A stretch of DNA of 63,810 bases, filler included, from Olpidium bornovanus S191 (taxonomy: Eukaryota > Fungi > Olpidiomycota): the NCBI GenBank assembly GCA_017911155.1. It is 32 parts of 32 records of this genome, joined end to end, with 100 filler letters (N's around TTAATTAATTAA, not from the genome) between each part and the next. Parts side by side here need not be neighbours in the genome. Positions count along the whole stretch, not along the records: positions 46,366 to 48,701 come from JAEFCI010003903.1; positions 48,802 to 50,098 come from JAEFCI010010464.1; positions 50,199 to 51,411 come from JAEFCI010004553.1; positions 51,512 to 52,918 come from JAEFCI010013270.1; positions 53,019 to 54,075 come from JAEFCI010002213.1; positions 54,176 to 55,698 come from JAEFCI010001662.1; positions 55,799 to 58,359 come from JAEFCI010003871.1; positions 58,460 to 59,794 come from JAEFCI010007863.1; 24 more parts are not named here. One strand, 5' to 3'. Numbering within the stretch: position 1 is the first letter of the stretch; the number at the start of each line of letters is the position of its first letter. The position numbers and the translations under genes are program-made. The notes under the pieces were generated by a model, which was given only the letters and a program-made list of their open reading frames with translations, was not told the origin of the DNA and did no database searches. Of the stretch, positions 47,272-58,600 are shown one piece after another.

Positions 47272-47421
47272 CTTTCAGTTCTTCGTTATGGAGCTTCAAA
47301 TATGATACCCTGACGGAGAACTCAACCGCGTTGGATTCCAACACCGAGAATATGTGGTGTAGAGTACGCGGGATAATGCCCGCATTCGCATTCGGCGCCT
47401 TGGCGAATTCATGGTCACCCT
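47272..47421 (-). pseudogene. Kinesin-5 (BimC/Eg5)-like motor exon remnant
   Basis: After a branch/pyrimidine/CAG acceptor: EGDHEF...NAGIIPRTLHHIFSVLESNAVEFSVRVSYLKLHNEELK. This matches kinesin-5 EG...AGIIPR.L..LF..L....EFSV+VS+LELYNEEL, but with E>K and Y>H changes. Homology stops abruptly, and no P-loop exon was found upstream. Confidence 0.7.
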
Positions 47422-47841
47422 CTGGAAGACAAGACAGGCTTAGTCAGCAGGAGACACGCAACAGGAGCGTAAGGCCGAAGCATCGACGCCACTGTTGGGG
47501 TTTCCGAACCTTGCTGGGAGCCCGCGTGCGTGCATACGGAAACCGGACACCAGGTTGCACTCGGCGGGCCATCAGGTGACACTTTTCAGTACTATGACAA
47601 CAACCCCTGTTGGAACTCCTCAAGGGGACACATTCCGGGAAGTTGACCTGACGGAAAGGATCTATCACCTCGCTGCCACGTGCAGACGCAAGTGATCGAA
47701 GTCTGCGTGTTGGACCGTGCTCGGTATTGCCTAACGTCATAGAGTTCTACCCTGTCCCACAAAATTTCCAACAGGGTTATGAGCCCAACCTGGACAGGCG
47801 GCCGAGCCCAGTGGGCAGCTAGAGCCTGTGGCGCCTAGTTC

Positions 47842-47860
47842 AAGGGGGAGGTGTTGAGTA
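47842..47860 (+). mobile_element. Possible LTR-retrotransposon polypurine tract / 3' LTR junction (AAGGGGGAGG|TGTTGAG)
   Basis: Resembles the copia PPT-LTR boundary AGGGGGAG-TGTT. The upstream RNase H-like similarity is very weak, and the LTR end was not identified. Confidence 0.3.
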
Positions 47861-48838
47861 CGGATTTAATGGTGAGCCAGACACCTGGTACAAAGGAAAG
47901 ATAGCCCAACGAAAGAGCATCCCTCCGGGCAGGGGAAGGTCCCGAGTTCAACCCTCGGGTTTAACAGCCACCACCACCTTGACATACCCATTGTGTATGT
48001 CTTCCTTGTTCCCGTTTGCCCATACTACGACGTCAACGACACGGGCGCGGGGGAAAGGGAGGTATCCGGCCTCGATGTGAAAGTACGCAAAAAACAGTGC
48101 GATTGCACCCCCTTCCAAACCTATTTTATGATAACGGTAGTCAGACCGCCGCATCCGTATACACGTGTGGTAATTGCGAGCCGCGCTCGCTGAGCAAAGC
48201 GTACCTCTTCGAGCGTTCGGTTTGTTCACACCGTGAAAAGATGTGCTGCCGGCTCGCGTCCGGGGGCCGTAGACGGGCGCCGAAGACATAAGACCAAGCG
48301 GCGGTTCGTGTCCGTACGGTCAAGGCGGACGACGAGGGGTACGCGGGCCTTGCGCGCCTGCACGCGTGGGTCGGAGAGCAGTTCTCGTACTTCGCGCTCG
48401 TTTGCGCCTTCTGTTCGGGAAACGGAGTGGGAGATATACGGTGGGACCAAACGACGGCGGGAAATTCACGGGACCGTTTTTGTCAGATTCGGGACACGCC
48501 GTCCGCCCCTCCTCCCTTCTCAGACTCGGGACGTGCCGTCACTTTCCCGCGGGCCTCGCCATGGTACGGGAGTTGGATACACGGTTGAACCAGACGTGAC
48601 CGGGACGGCCGGCGGGTTGCCGACGATGACGGGGAGGGAGGGGTTCCCTCTTCGGAACGCGCGCGCCGCCGTTCTGAAACCCACCGGCCTGCCCGCCGGG
48701 GNNNNNNNNNNNNNNNNNNNNNNNNNNNNNNNNNNNNNNNNNNNNTTAATTAATTAANNNNNNNNNNNNNNNNNNNNNNNNNNNNNNNNNNNNNNNNNNN
48801 NAAAAAAAAAAAATTCAAAAAAAAAAAAAAAAAGGCCC

Positions 48839-48871
<33 letters not shown>

Positions 48872-49212
48872 AAAAAAGCGAAAGCTGCGCTCTCTGCTCT
48901 TTCTTTCTCCTTTTTTTTGTCTGCAACGAAAGGTTGGGCGGCCTGGCCCCGCTTGATGCGGCCTGTTATCCCGATGTGCAAAAAAAAAAAGAAACGAAAA
49001 AATCGATGGTCACGTCACCTGCGTAAATCACGCCGTTCGCGGCACGCAGACGGGTGAAAAGATGGGCTCTTGTGACCGTGACATCGTGCCGCGCACGCGC
49101 CGGCGCAAATCCGCTGGCGTTTGACATCCTTTGTTACGGACTACGCCGGGGGGGGGGCTGTTCCCGGACGTGGCCAGGCGTGGCGGGATACTTTTGTTGA
49201 CGGCAAGTTCTA

Positions 49213-49950
49213 ATGAGTAGTAGACGCGGGGTGAGGGGAGGAAAAGGATTTAAGTCTCACGCTTCGGCAGGGTCGAAGGCGCGCGGGAAAGAGAATGCCG
49301 ACAAAGACAGAGCGCAAAGAACGGCGGGGATGCTCGCAGAGTCACCCCTGGCGACGATGAATGCCGCGATGTCAAAAAATGGAGGCTGCGAGGTCTTTTG
49401 GGTGCGACACTGTACAATGGGGGGGGGGGAGGGCCACGGACAACGGCTAAGAAAGGACTGGTATAATAAAGGAAGCTGCGCATTTTGACCGTTGTTACTA
49501 CCGCAACCCGAGAGACGCGTTCGATTTGAGAAGGAGGCCGCGGTGAGCCAAAAATTAAAAGGCTCTCTGCTGCCGCCGCCGTAGACTCAGGGTCGGCGTA
49601 TGGATCTCCGCTAAAAAGGAGCCCCCGCACCGTCCCGACAGACGCGGCAACAAAAAAAAAAAAAAAAAATAACAAAGAAAACCGACATATTCGAAAACAT
49701 ATTGTTCGATGAGATAAGCGCGCATTTGAAGAGCGCGGGCCGATCAAAAGGACGTGCAAGGGGAGAAGGAAATTGGGCAAGGACGCACTCCCCCTTGAGC
49801 AAAACAAAATCGACGACCAGCTGGAACCGACCGCTTTGTTCGCCCGCCGACCGGCGTAGTAATTGAAAGAGGTTCTGGCGGTTGACAGGAAGGAGAAAAT
49901 CATACGTAACCTCATCGACGGGGAAGACGAGTCGGCCAAAACAAAAAAAA
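49213..49950 (+). CDS. Hypothetical multi-exon protein, N-terminal part
   Basis: Four putative exons with compatible phases: MSSRRGVRGG...GGCE | RRVRFEKEAA | KTDIFENILFDEISAHLKSAGRSKG | QVLAVDRKEKIIRNLIDGEDESAK. No family recognised. Confidence 0.4.
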
Positions 49951-50198
49951 ATGCGGCCAAAAAAAAAAAAAAAAAAAAAAAGGGGGAGGGGCCCCGTTGG
50001 GCTCAACAATTTTTCGGTTCCCCAAAGGGGAACTAAAGGGCGCCCCCGGAAGGTTCCGCCGCAGCTGCAGGAGAAAAACAAAAAACGCATCACTTTGANN
50101 NNNNNNNNNNNNNNNNNNNNNNNNNNNNNNNNNNNNNNNNNNTTAATTAATTAANNNNNNNNNNNNNNNNNNNNNNNNNNNNNNNNNNNNNNNNNNNN

Positions 50199-50782
50199 CA
50201 TGCGGCACCACCGTGATGACGCCCCACATCCCTTCCTCGCATTGTCGCCCGACGGACGAGTAGTACTGCGTGCGTGCCGTACGGAGGAGCCTAAGTCAGC
50301 GTCGGCGAACACCCACGCGATGCCCCCACCGTCCCGCGCCCTCGAAATTTCTTACGGGAAACTGGCCAGGACTCGCGAACGACATTTGGAAATTTCCGGG
50401 TCCCGAACGGACGCCGGAGTCAAACCGTTCTCCGAGGGAACCTAGGATAATCTCGCTAGGGGCCATGCAGGAGCCTGCCGCGGTATCCTGAGTCACGCTG
50501 TAATCCCCTTCGTTCCACGTCCAATTCACGTCATCCTGCAGTGCGATGGTTACGTTCTGAGGTTCGAAGGCGGGCTTCCCGTCGTCGACTGGACGCGCGG
50601 GCAAGTTTGGCGGCAGATACAATTAGGCTTCGACTGTTCGCGTTGCTTTTTGGCGGGTGGGGCGCATGCCGCCTTCATAAAAGAGTACACTCGCCTTCAA
50701 TAATGATTGGCATTGTGACCGATAGAACCAGCGGCACATGTGCCGCAACCGCGGCAAGCAACACTTTTGGCGCGAAGATCAT
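50199..50782 (-). CDS. Secreted cupredoxin/plastocyanin-fold protein; 3' partial, 3 exons, first intron GC-AG
   Basis: Signal-peptide-like exon MIFAPKVLLAAVAAHVPLVLS (50782-50695). Exon 50588-50356 reads AFEPQNVTI...DDVNWTWNEGDYSVTQ...C...FDSG...GNFQMSFASPGQFP. Exon from 50265 reads YYSSVGRQCEEGMWGVITV. Confidence 0.85.
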
Positions 50783-51574
50783 ACTTGGAGTGGCGCAGGA
50801 GTAGAGCTCGCCTTCCTCGAGTTTGGTGGACACTGGCGGCGCATTTATACGCGCCGCGGCCGGGGTCAGGTTCCCGACACACGCGGGGCCGGAGGCGAGC
50901 GTTTCCTTTTTTTAGCGAGAAATCCTGCGAAGTGCGCGTATGACGCGAATAGCGTCGCGGAACCGGCGTTTCCGCCGCTCCCCTCCGCCCCCCCCCTTTC
51001 ACTCCACCAAAATCGAGCGCATGGGAGAAAGCGCGCGAAGTTGGCGACATACCACAGCACGCATTCCCGCCGGACCAAAATTGACACCCGCGTTGGGAAA
51101 CAACCGACGGAGCGGTCGTCGCCCCTGCACGCCCGCATCGTGCACGGGCAAAAAGAAAAGAAACTTTCCAGGGGATCCCCCCCCTCCCCCCCCCCCCCCC
51201 CCCCCCTCCCCACCCTCCTCACAAATCGCTTCCGAGAACGAAAAGCCCGCCCCTTTGCATTCCAGTATCCATGCGTCATTTAAGCATTTGCATGCAGAGG
51301 GCGGATAAATGCCGCGGACACCGCCTATGCGCGCGTACGTTTCGACTGGTCATCTATCAGGCGCGATTATAGAGGGAAGCGATAATGTCGAGCTTGTCTT
51401 TTCGCCCCTGGNNNNNNNNNNNNNNNNNNNNNNNNNNNNNNNNNNNNNNNNNNNNTTAATTAATTAANNNNNNNNNNNNNNNNNNNNNNNNNNNNNNNNN
51501 NNNNNNNNNNNAAAAAAAAAAAAAAAAAGGGGGCACCCCCCCCCCCCCCCCCGCCCCGGGGGGGGGGGAGGGGG

Positions 51575-51615
<41 letters not shown>

Positions 51616-51648
51616 CTCGCTTTCAAAAGCTCGGACTTGCTTTCGCAC

Positions 51649-51967
51649 CCAGCCACGACGCGGCCGTTTCCGTAGCCATCCTGGTCCTGGTGGAGCGCTT
51701 AGAGAAAAGCATCGTCACGGTGCGGCCTCTCAGCGGCAGCGCGGGCTCCGCGCCGGCGCCCGACCTGACGAGGCGCTTGAACGCGGACGCGGAGGACACC
51801 AGCCGGAGGATCTCTTCGCGCGAGAGGTCGGCCAGGGTCAGCAGGTGCCGGGGATGCGGCGGCGGCGGCGGGCAGGTGGAGGCGTGCCGGAGCCCGCCGT
51901 GAAGAGGGGCCTGCGGGCGGCAGGCCGGAGCGGCTGCGACGGGTGCGGGCCGACGGCGGCGGAGCAT
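51649..51967 (-). CDS. ARG3: Ornithine carbamoyltransferase, first exon with mitochondrial presequence-like N-terminus
   Basis: PRHLLTLADLSREEI..LV..AS.FK...LRGRTVTMLFSKRSTRTR.ATETA...LG, containing the carbamoyl-phosphate STRTR motif. The N-terminus is Arg-rich and lacks acidic residues. Confidence 0.93.
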
Positions 51968-53109
51968 GGCGCGGGCGCCGGGCAGCGCCGCGCAGCCCCG
52001 CGGGGGCAGCAGGCGCGCCGGAAACGGGGAAGGCATTTCGTCCGTGCTTCGAAGAAAGGCCTGGCGGTGCGTGCGTGGCGTGCGTGGCGTGCGTGGCGTG
52101 CGGGGCGTTCTTTGCGCGCAGGAGACCGAGAGAGGGCGAAAGAGAGATTATCTGTCGCGCGGTGGAGTCCCGACGAAAAACTGCGGGGAAAAAAACAAAG
52201 AACGGAAGTCCCCGGCGAGAAATTGATCACGTGGGCTGCTGGACAAAGAAGAAAAAAAAACAATAAACAGGGGGGGAAGGGGGGGAAGGGGGCGAAGGGG
52301 GGCAAGAGAGGCAGGAAAGGCAACCTACTCCGGTGCGGCTATCTCGACCGCGCGCAGGGGGCGGTTTTCGGCGATATCTGTACATATCCTAGCCAAACCT
52401 ACCACTTTCCAAATAAATCCAGTGTCAAAGGGGCTACCGGGGTTCTCACGGTTGATTTGATCTCGATTTCCCCTCCAAAACAAAAAAACGGTCGCCCGGA
52501 GCTTTTCTCTACGGCAGATTAACACTTCCATGAGAACGCGGACACAAACCATTCATTCACTCGCAACAGTCGGATGACCAGCAGAGCGTGCAAGCGGAAC
52601 TCAAAAAACCGAAACTTCGCGTGCCTTTGCGATAGGCTGTTACTGATTTGGAACGGCCGAGGCCTGATTGCGTGCATGGGAAGATTTTTAGGGGAAGGGG
52701 GAAGTGGGGGGGGGGGAGGGGGGGGGGGGGGGGAAGACGTCCGAAGTGAAAAAATTGCGCGAACGAAAAAAACGGTATGGCGAACCAGAGCAAGCAACAT
52801 GATTGGGGGATTTCTGAGGGAGCGGACGAAGCCGCCGACCGACGATCAGCGGCAGATAACGTGATACCGGCTAATGTGGTTCACGCCTCCGCATCGTTCT
52901 TATCGCTAGGCTCCGTCTNNNNNNNNNNNNNNNNNNNNNNNNNNNNNNNNNNNNNNNNNNNNTTAATTAATTAANNNNNNNNNNNNNNNNNNNNNNNNNN
53001 NNNNNNNNNNNNNNNNNNCTCCTCCCCGCTCGCCGCCGACTTCCCCAGCCGTTTGCCAAAGGAATTACACCATTTTCCAAATGCAGCAGCGTTTATTTCC
53101 AAGCGCAAA

Positions 53110-54075
53110 TCACCAAATGTTACGAGCCATGTGGCCGCTGCGGTTCGAACGACGGAAGAGAGAACGGCGGAGAGGCGCTGTTAGCAAGGACATCGCGAAA
53201 GCCGCGCAAACACCGGTAACAAATTAACACACCGCGCGCGGCAGGTCGAACGTACCGGATGCTGGAAAGCGGAACGTCCGCAGCGGTCAGATTTTGCAAG
53301 CGAAAAAGAGCGCGGGGTAGGAACAAACCGAGAGTCGATCAGCACACGGCGAAGTTGCCAAAAAACGCAAACGGGCGGTCAGAAAAGGTTTGCAAGGGCG
53401 AGCGCCGTACCGAACAAAATCGGTGACACCTTCGACGGGCCCGATCCCGACGACGGCAACCTCCTGGTCCCACAAGTATTCCCCTGCGACGCGCGATACA
53501 TCTTTCCACGTGACGCGGTCGACGAGGGCGCCGAACTCCCGCGGAGAGAGGCGGCCGCCGGTGGCGGTGATTTGGCGGCCAATGTCGTCGGCGACCGCCG
53601 ACGTGGCGGAGCCGAGGGAGTGGTGGATTGCAGCGCAGACCTTGTTTCTCGCGATGTGCACGTCGCCCTCGGTAGGAGACACGGTCAGGCGGGCCCAGTC
53701 CTTCTGCAGGAACCAGATCAGGTCGTCGATTCCGGACAGGTTCTCCGAGACGATGTACGCGCCCCAAAGGCCGACGTCGGAGTACGCCTCGCAGAAGCTG
53801 GCGTACGAGTTGGCTAATTCGAAAGGACCGGCCTGGTGAGAGACCTTGCTGAACATGTTTTTGTTTGATCCGAGCGATTTGTCCCAGCTTCCCACGATCG
53901 CCTGCATGACCAGCGAGGTCGGGTAGTCTGCGTCGCCGAGCCCCGGGCTCCTCACGCCCAGCGCGACGTGCATCTCGCGCTCGGTGTCATCGCGGAGGCG
54001 AACGTCCGACCCGACGAACCGCAGAGAGGCGGACCCGCGGCCAGGTCCGGCCTTGAGACTGCCGAACTTCTTTCC
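53110..54075 (-). CDS. M16B peptidase family: mitochondrial processing peptidase beta / complex III core protein 1, C-terminal part
   Basis: FVGSDVRLRDD...HVALGV...W/G.DADY...V.QAIVGSWD...ANSY.SF...YSD.GLWG.Y...DDIGRQI...G.R...YLWDQEVAVVGIGPVEG..DFVR-IR-GHMARNIW*. The HxxEH site is outside the contig, so MPP-beta and Qcr1 cannot be distinguished. Confidence 0.92.
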
Positions 54076-54210
54076 NNNNNNNNNNNNNNNNNNNNNNNNN
54101 NNNNNNNNNNNNNNNNNNNTTAATTAATTAANNNNNNNNNNNNNNNNNNNNNNNNNNNNNNNNNNNNNNNNNNNNACATGGTTTCAAGTCACGAACATCG
54201 AGAACAGCTT

Positions 54211-55698
54211 TCACAAGGACCACCACTCAAGCGTCTCCGGTCCTTGGCCGTCCTCCGAGTGCACGGCGGCGAGCAGGCCCACGCCGCGCTCCTGTCGGCT
54301 CCCGTATTCCCGCGGGCGGCACAGCCACCTCAGTGCGGAGCAGTAGCCTGACAGCGGCTCTGTAGTGCGGAAAGGCCGCGGCGACCTGAGGGAGTACATT
54401 CGGACCCGTCGATCTCTGCCAGCTGGAATTTTCGCCGAAAGGAGGGAACGAGGGAATAAAAAAGATCTCTTTTGTCAAATCGTATGTAGCTTGGGCAGGA
54501 TTGCACGCCAAGGACCGGATCATCACAACGCGAACAGCAAAACGGAGCTACGGTTCGCCTACCCGCAGCCAACACGGTCTCGTCCTCGTCAATGGCCATC
54601 CCGCACCGCTCGAAGCCGTCAGGCGTCTCCTTGAATGCCATCACCGGCATCGCGCGAGCTGCGGGTTCGTGCTGGTGCGCGCGCGCTCGGCCGCTGGCCC
54701 GCAAGTCCCAGAGGCTTATCTAGTTCGATGAAGAACAACGGGAGCCGGAATAAGAGCGGTGTTGGGGATTTACAGCCTAAGTACAGTGAGCATAGAACAC
54801 TTCACAAGTTTCTTGCCAATTCGCAGAAATCCCGAAAGAAAAAAGAAACAAGAAAGAAAGTCGCGGGTGCCCACCGAACCGTCTAGCGCAGCCGAGACAA
54901 CGCCCCAGCCGTCCCGCAGGGCGACGACGGAGTACACCGGCGAGGAGTGCTTCATGCCGGGGACCGCGCCGTGCCGCGATGGTGTCCAGAGCGCGGGGGA
55001 CCGGAGGTCGAACAGGCGGACGCCACCGTCGCGGCAGCCTCCGAGAAGGGCGTGGCCTGACGGCGGACAGAGAGCTACGGAGAACACGTCACTGCCGGTG
55101 TGCATCCGCGCGACTGCAGGCGATGGCCGGTCCCACCCGGACACGACGATGACCTGTTTGGACGCTCCTGCACGGTTGGGCGTACGGCATTAAGTGCCAT
55201 CCTCCTGCGCACATTACCTCTCGCGCGGGCACGCGCATACCTATGGCGACCACGTTTCCACGCACAGTACTGGCCCATATGGAAGTTTGCATCGGGCTGA
55301 ATTGGAAAATGTCATCTATTTTCACACAGATATCAGCGAACGAACTAGGGTCACCGAGACATTTAAGGCGGGATGGTGGACTTACCAAATGGCTCAGCTG
55401 CGTCCTGTGTGTACCTGGATACGTGCAAAGATCCGGACCTCCCTGCGCGGCCGAGGAAGGTAGACCTTGACGAGCAGGTAAAGACACGCTTAGTCGGGAA
55501 GTGGGGGGTGGGGGGGGGGCAGGACGATGTTCGTATCAGTGCGGAAGAAGTCGGCTGGGACTTACAACACTGTCTCGTCCGGTCCGAGACATAGAGATGT
55601 CAACTGGGATTCAGCCAGTCAGACGCGACTTGAAACAAATGTGCACGGGTATGGTAAGAAAGAACAAACGACGTACCGGAGCGTTATCCGAAAACATG
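54211..55698 (-). CDS. DCAF4: DCAF4/WDR21-like WD40 protein (DDB1-CUL4 substrate receptor), C-terminal part
   Basis: GSDVFSVAL...LLGGCRDGGVRLFDLR...HSSPVYSVVAL...VVSAALDGS|ISLWDLR...IDEDETVLAA|GRDRRVRMYSL parallels DCAF4 (SDVLAQ...GCRSGE+FAIDLR...HDSAVTS...IKLWDLR...EEEGILVAVGQD..TRIWSL). The WDxR motif is present. Confidence 0.75.
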
Positions 55699-58600
55699 NN
55701 NNNNNNNNNNNNNNNNNNNNNNNNNNNNNNNNNNNNNNNNNNTTAATTAATTAANNNNNNNNNNNNNNNNNNNNNNNNNNNNNNNNNNNNNNNNNNNNCC
55801 TCCCGGAACTCGGGCCGGGCGGTTTGATATGCTTCCCATTTCCCGAGCTCATCTCCCTCGTCCGGTCGGAAAAAAAAAGTGCCGAAGAGTCGGCAGGAGG
55901 GCCGCAACCCCCTGTCGGGATAGGCCTGAGTGACGGTGTCGACGGGGCCCGGGCGAAGCGCCCCGGGCGGGGCCGGAAACACAACCGGAGAAAATATCCC
56001 CGGCGGCTCGGTTGAAAAAGCGAGTTGCGCGCGCTAGAGAAGGAGTTGTGCGGAAGATCCGAAAGAAAGGGATGAGCTCCGCCGTCGGGGTGGCGAGGTG
56101 GAGGAATGGCCCAAAACCTCCCCGAACTGCAGTATACACGCCCCGATCTCATTCGTTGACCTGCCGTTCGCCCGAGAACCATTTTCCAGGGGATATTGAG
56201 ATTTGCAAACTGTACATCAGTAGGAAAACCCGTGATATGTTCAGCGAATATAGCGGAGAGTTCGGCAAGGTACAGGCGGGGCGGGGGTTAGTTTCCGGTA
56301 TATGAAGTTTGCATGGCACGTCTGATGCCGTTTTGCAGTCCAGGCCGGAAAGAGACCGTTCGAGCGCGGTGGCAGAGGAGGATATTGAGCAGGTTTTTTG
56401 CTGCACTTCGCAGGCAGAAAACTGATAGCTGCGAGGAAAAATGTCCGTCAAAAGTAAGTGCCACATAAAAGTGAGGACAGAGAGATTCGATCTCCCAACC
56501 TATCGATCTGGAGTCGATTGCGCTAGCCGTTGCGCCATGTCCCCAGGGAGGTTGTGGATACTGTAGCGTCGGAACAATGAATCATCGTCAATTCCTTAAA
56601 ACTCATGTTGCGCACGGGTCATTTCAATTGGGGCCAACCCGAACGCGCGAAAGGGTGCAGAACAAAACAACCACCCCGCGGTGGTGTCCGTGTACCCACC
56701 CCCCCTCCCCCACCTCACGCCATCTCCAGCATCCAAATGCACTCTCATTGTAGGCATTTGGCACGGGCCGGACATATGCGGGACGACAAATGAACTTTGA
56801 TTGAATGTGGAATGACGCTTTCTGCCACAAGACAAAAAAAAGAAAAACGGGTTCGGGTTGACGTAAAACGCCTGCCCAATCCACCCGCCCTTGGTGCGAC
56901 GGAAGGGATCCGCGGGGATCCCAGGAAACCTTGGAAAAGCACCGCGCCCGAAGAGGATGTCACGTCCACAACAACAACACTACCGAAGCGCGGCAGAGGA
57001 AACCGACTTCAAGACGGGGCAGGAAGCTGCGGACACGCCGGAAAAGGCGGAGGAACAGGGCGGCAGCGGCGAAGACTTTTCGCCTCGTCCGGCGGCGCCG
57101 GTAGCGTTTGCAAGCCGTGAGGAAATCTCCCCTCGCCACACGCCGACGGCTAGGAAGGCGGCAATTGTCATATCTTCCGCAAGGCATATTATTTGATTCG
57201 CAGTCGCCCAAACGGAAGAACAGTGCGGGCGGCAACGCACCGGCGGTTGCAGGGGGGGCGGTTTCTCTGCGCTTTACGTAACAACTACACACACAGGACG
57301 GGCGGCGTCGCACCGCTTACTTCAGAAATTTCTAGCAGGCCGCACTTCCCCATCATGAGCTAACCTTCTAAAGGCCAAACTTACCCAAATTTTCCAGTTC
57401 GGCCGCCCCAACCGCCGGGCTCGGTGTCTGGTATGTCAAGAAGCCCGTCGATATTCCCTGGACAACGGCTTTGGCCGGCGGATGGAATTGCCCGGGAAAC
57501 GTCGGTTTCGCCAATGGTATCAAATGCGTTCGCTGCTTCGAGGGCCAGCCGAGCGGGATTGAAAGTTTGTCCTTGACCGTTTGCCGTGCTCCTTGCGGTG
57601 GGGGTACGAAGAAGGGGACCGATATAGGCCGCCTTTGTGCTCGGAGACAGACAACCGTCGAGGGCGATCCCGCGAACCACTTTCTGGGACGACGGCGCCA
57701 GGAATACGAGGGGACCCAGGGAGACGACGTGGACGGACGTGAAAACTTGCGCTGCTGCTCGCGGCAGGAATGCTAAACTAAACCGGGCTCTGCAGGGACA
57801 CAAACCCGTTGCCCGGGAAACACCATGTGGAGGTGTTTAACAGGCCTCCATTTTTTTTTTGTTTTTCTCGGATAAAGAAGCCCGTCCCTCCATTGGAGGA
57901 AAAAAAAACACGCTTGCTTGGCGAATGCGATTCGTGGGGTATGTGCGGATCTTTGCCGGGACACCCTCAAACGCGTGGCGTCCTTTGGATTAACGCAGCC
58001 TCGAGAAGAACCACTAGGAATGGCCGGCGGGCAGTGATTTGAAGCGCAAAGAAAGTCTTCCGGGCCATGCGCCACCCGCACACGTTGCCAGGCCTGTGAG
58101 ATTGCCAAGAACTTCACTCACCGAGGAGCGGTCGCACCGTTTGGTTGCGTGCAGGGCCCGCGTTGCCCCCGCCCCCGGGGTCAGTTTCTGGGCGACGGTG
58201 CCCGGCATCGTCAGGAACTTAACCCCCGGAAAAAAAAAAAAACAAAAAAAAAACGAAGAAAAAGTAGGACCAGGCCGCGTATAAAAAACACGTGGGGCGC
58301 GCACAAAAAACAAAAAAAAAAAAATAAAAAAAAAAAAAAAAAAAAAAAGGGGGCGGGAANNNNNNNNNNNNNNNNNNNNNNNNNNNNNNNNNNNNNNNNN
58401 NNNTTAATTAATTAANNNNNNNNNNNNNNNNNNNNNNNNNNNNNNNNNNNNNNNNNNNNCATGTGTCCGTGATCGGATTAGCTCTCTCGCGCCATCTTTG
58501 CTTAAGCCAGAGGGGAAGCTCGCTGCCGTTGTAAGGGTGGCCAGTGCCAAAGCAGAGGCGGCCCGCGGTGAGGTGGAGGCGACCCAACTTATCAAGGAGG

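Noticed and set aside
57471-57560. RanBP2-type zinc finger (GGWNCPGNVGFANGIKCVRC)
   Set aside because: It lacks the second Cys of the first pair, and competing open frames exist on the minus strand. No coherent gene model could be built for 55799-58359.
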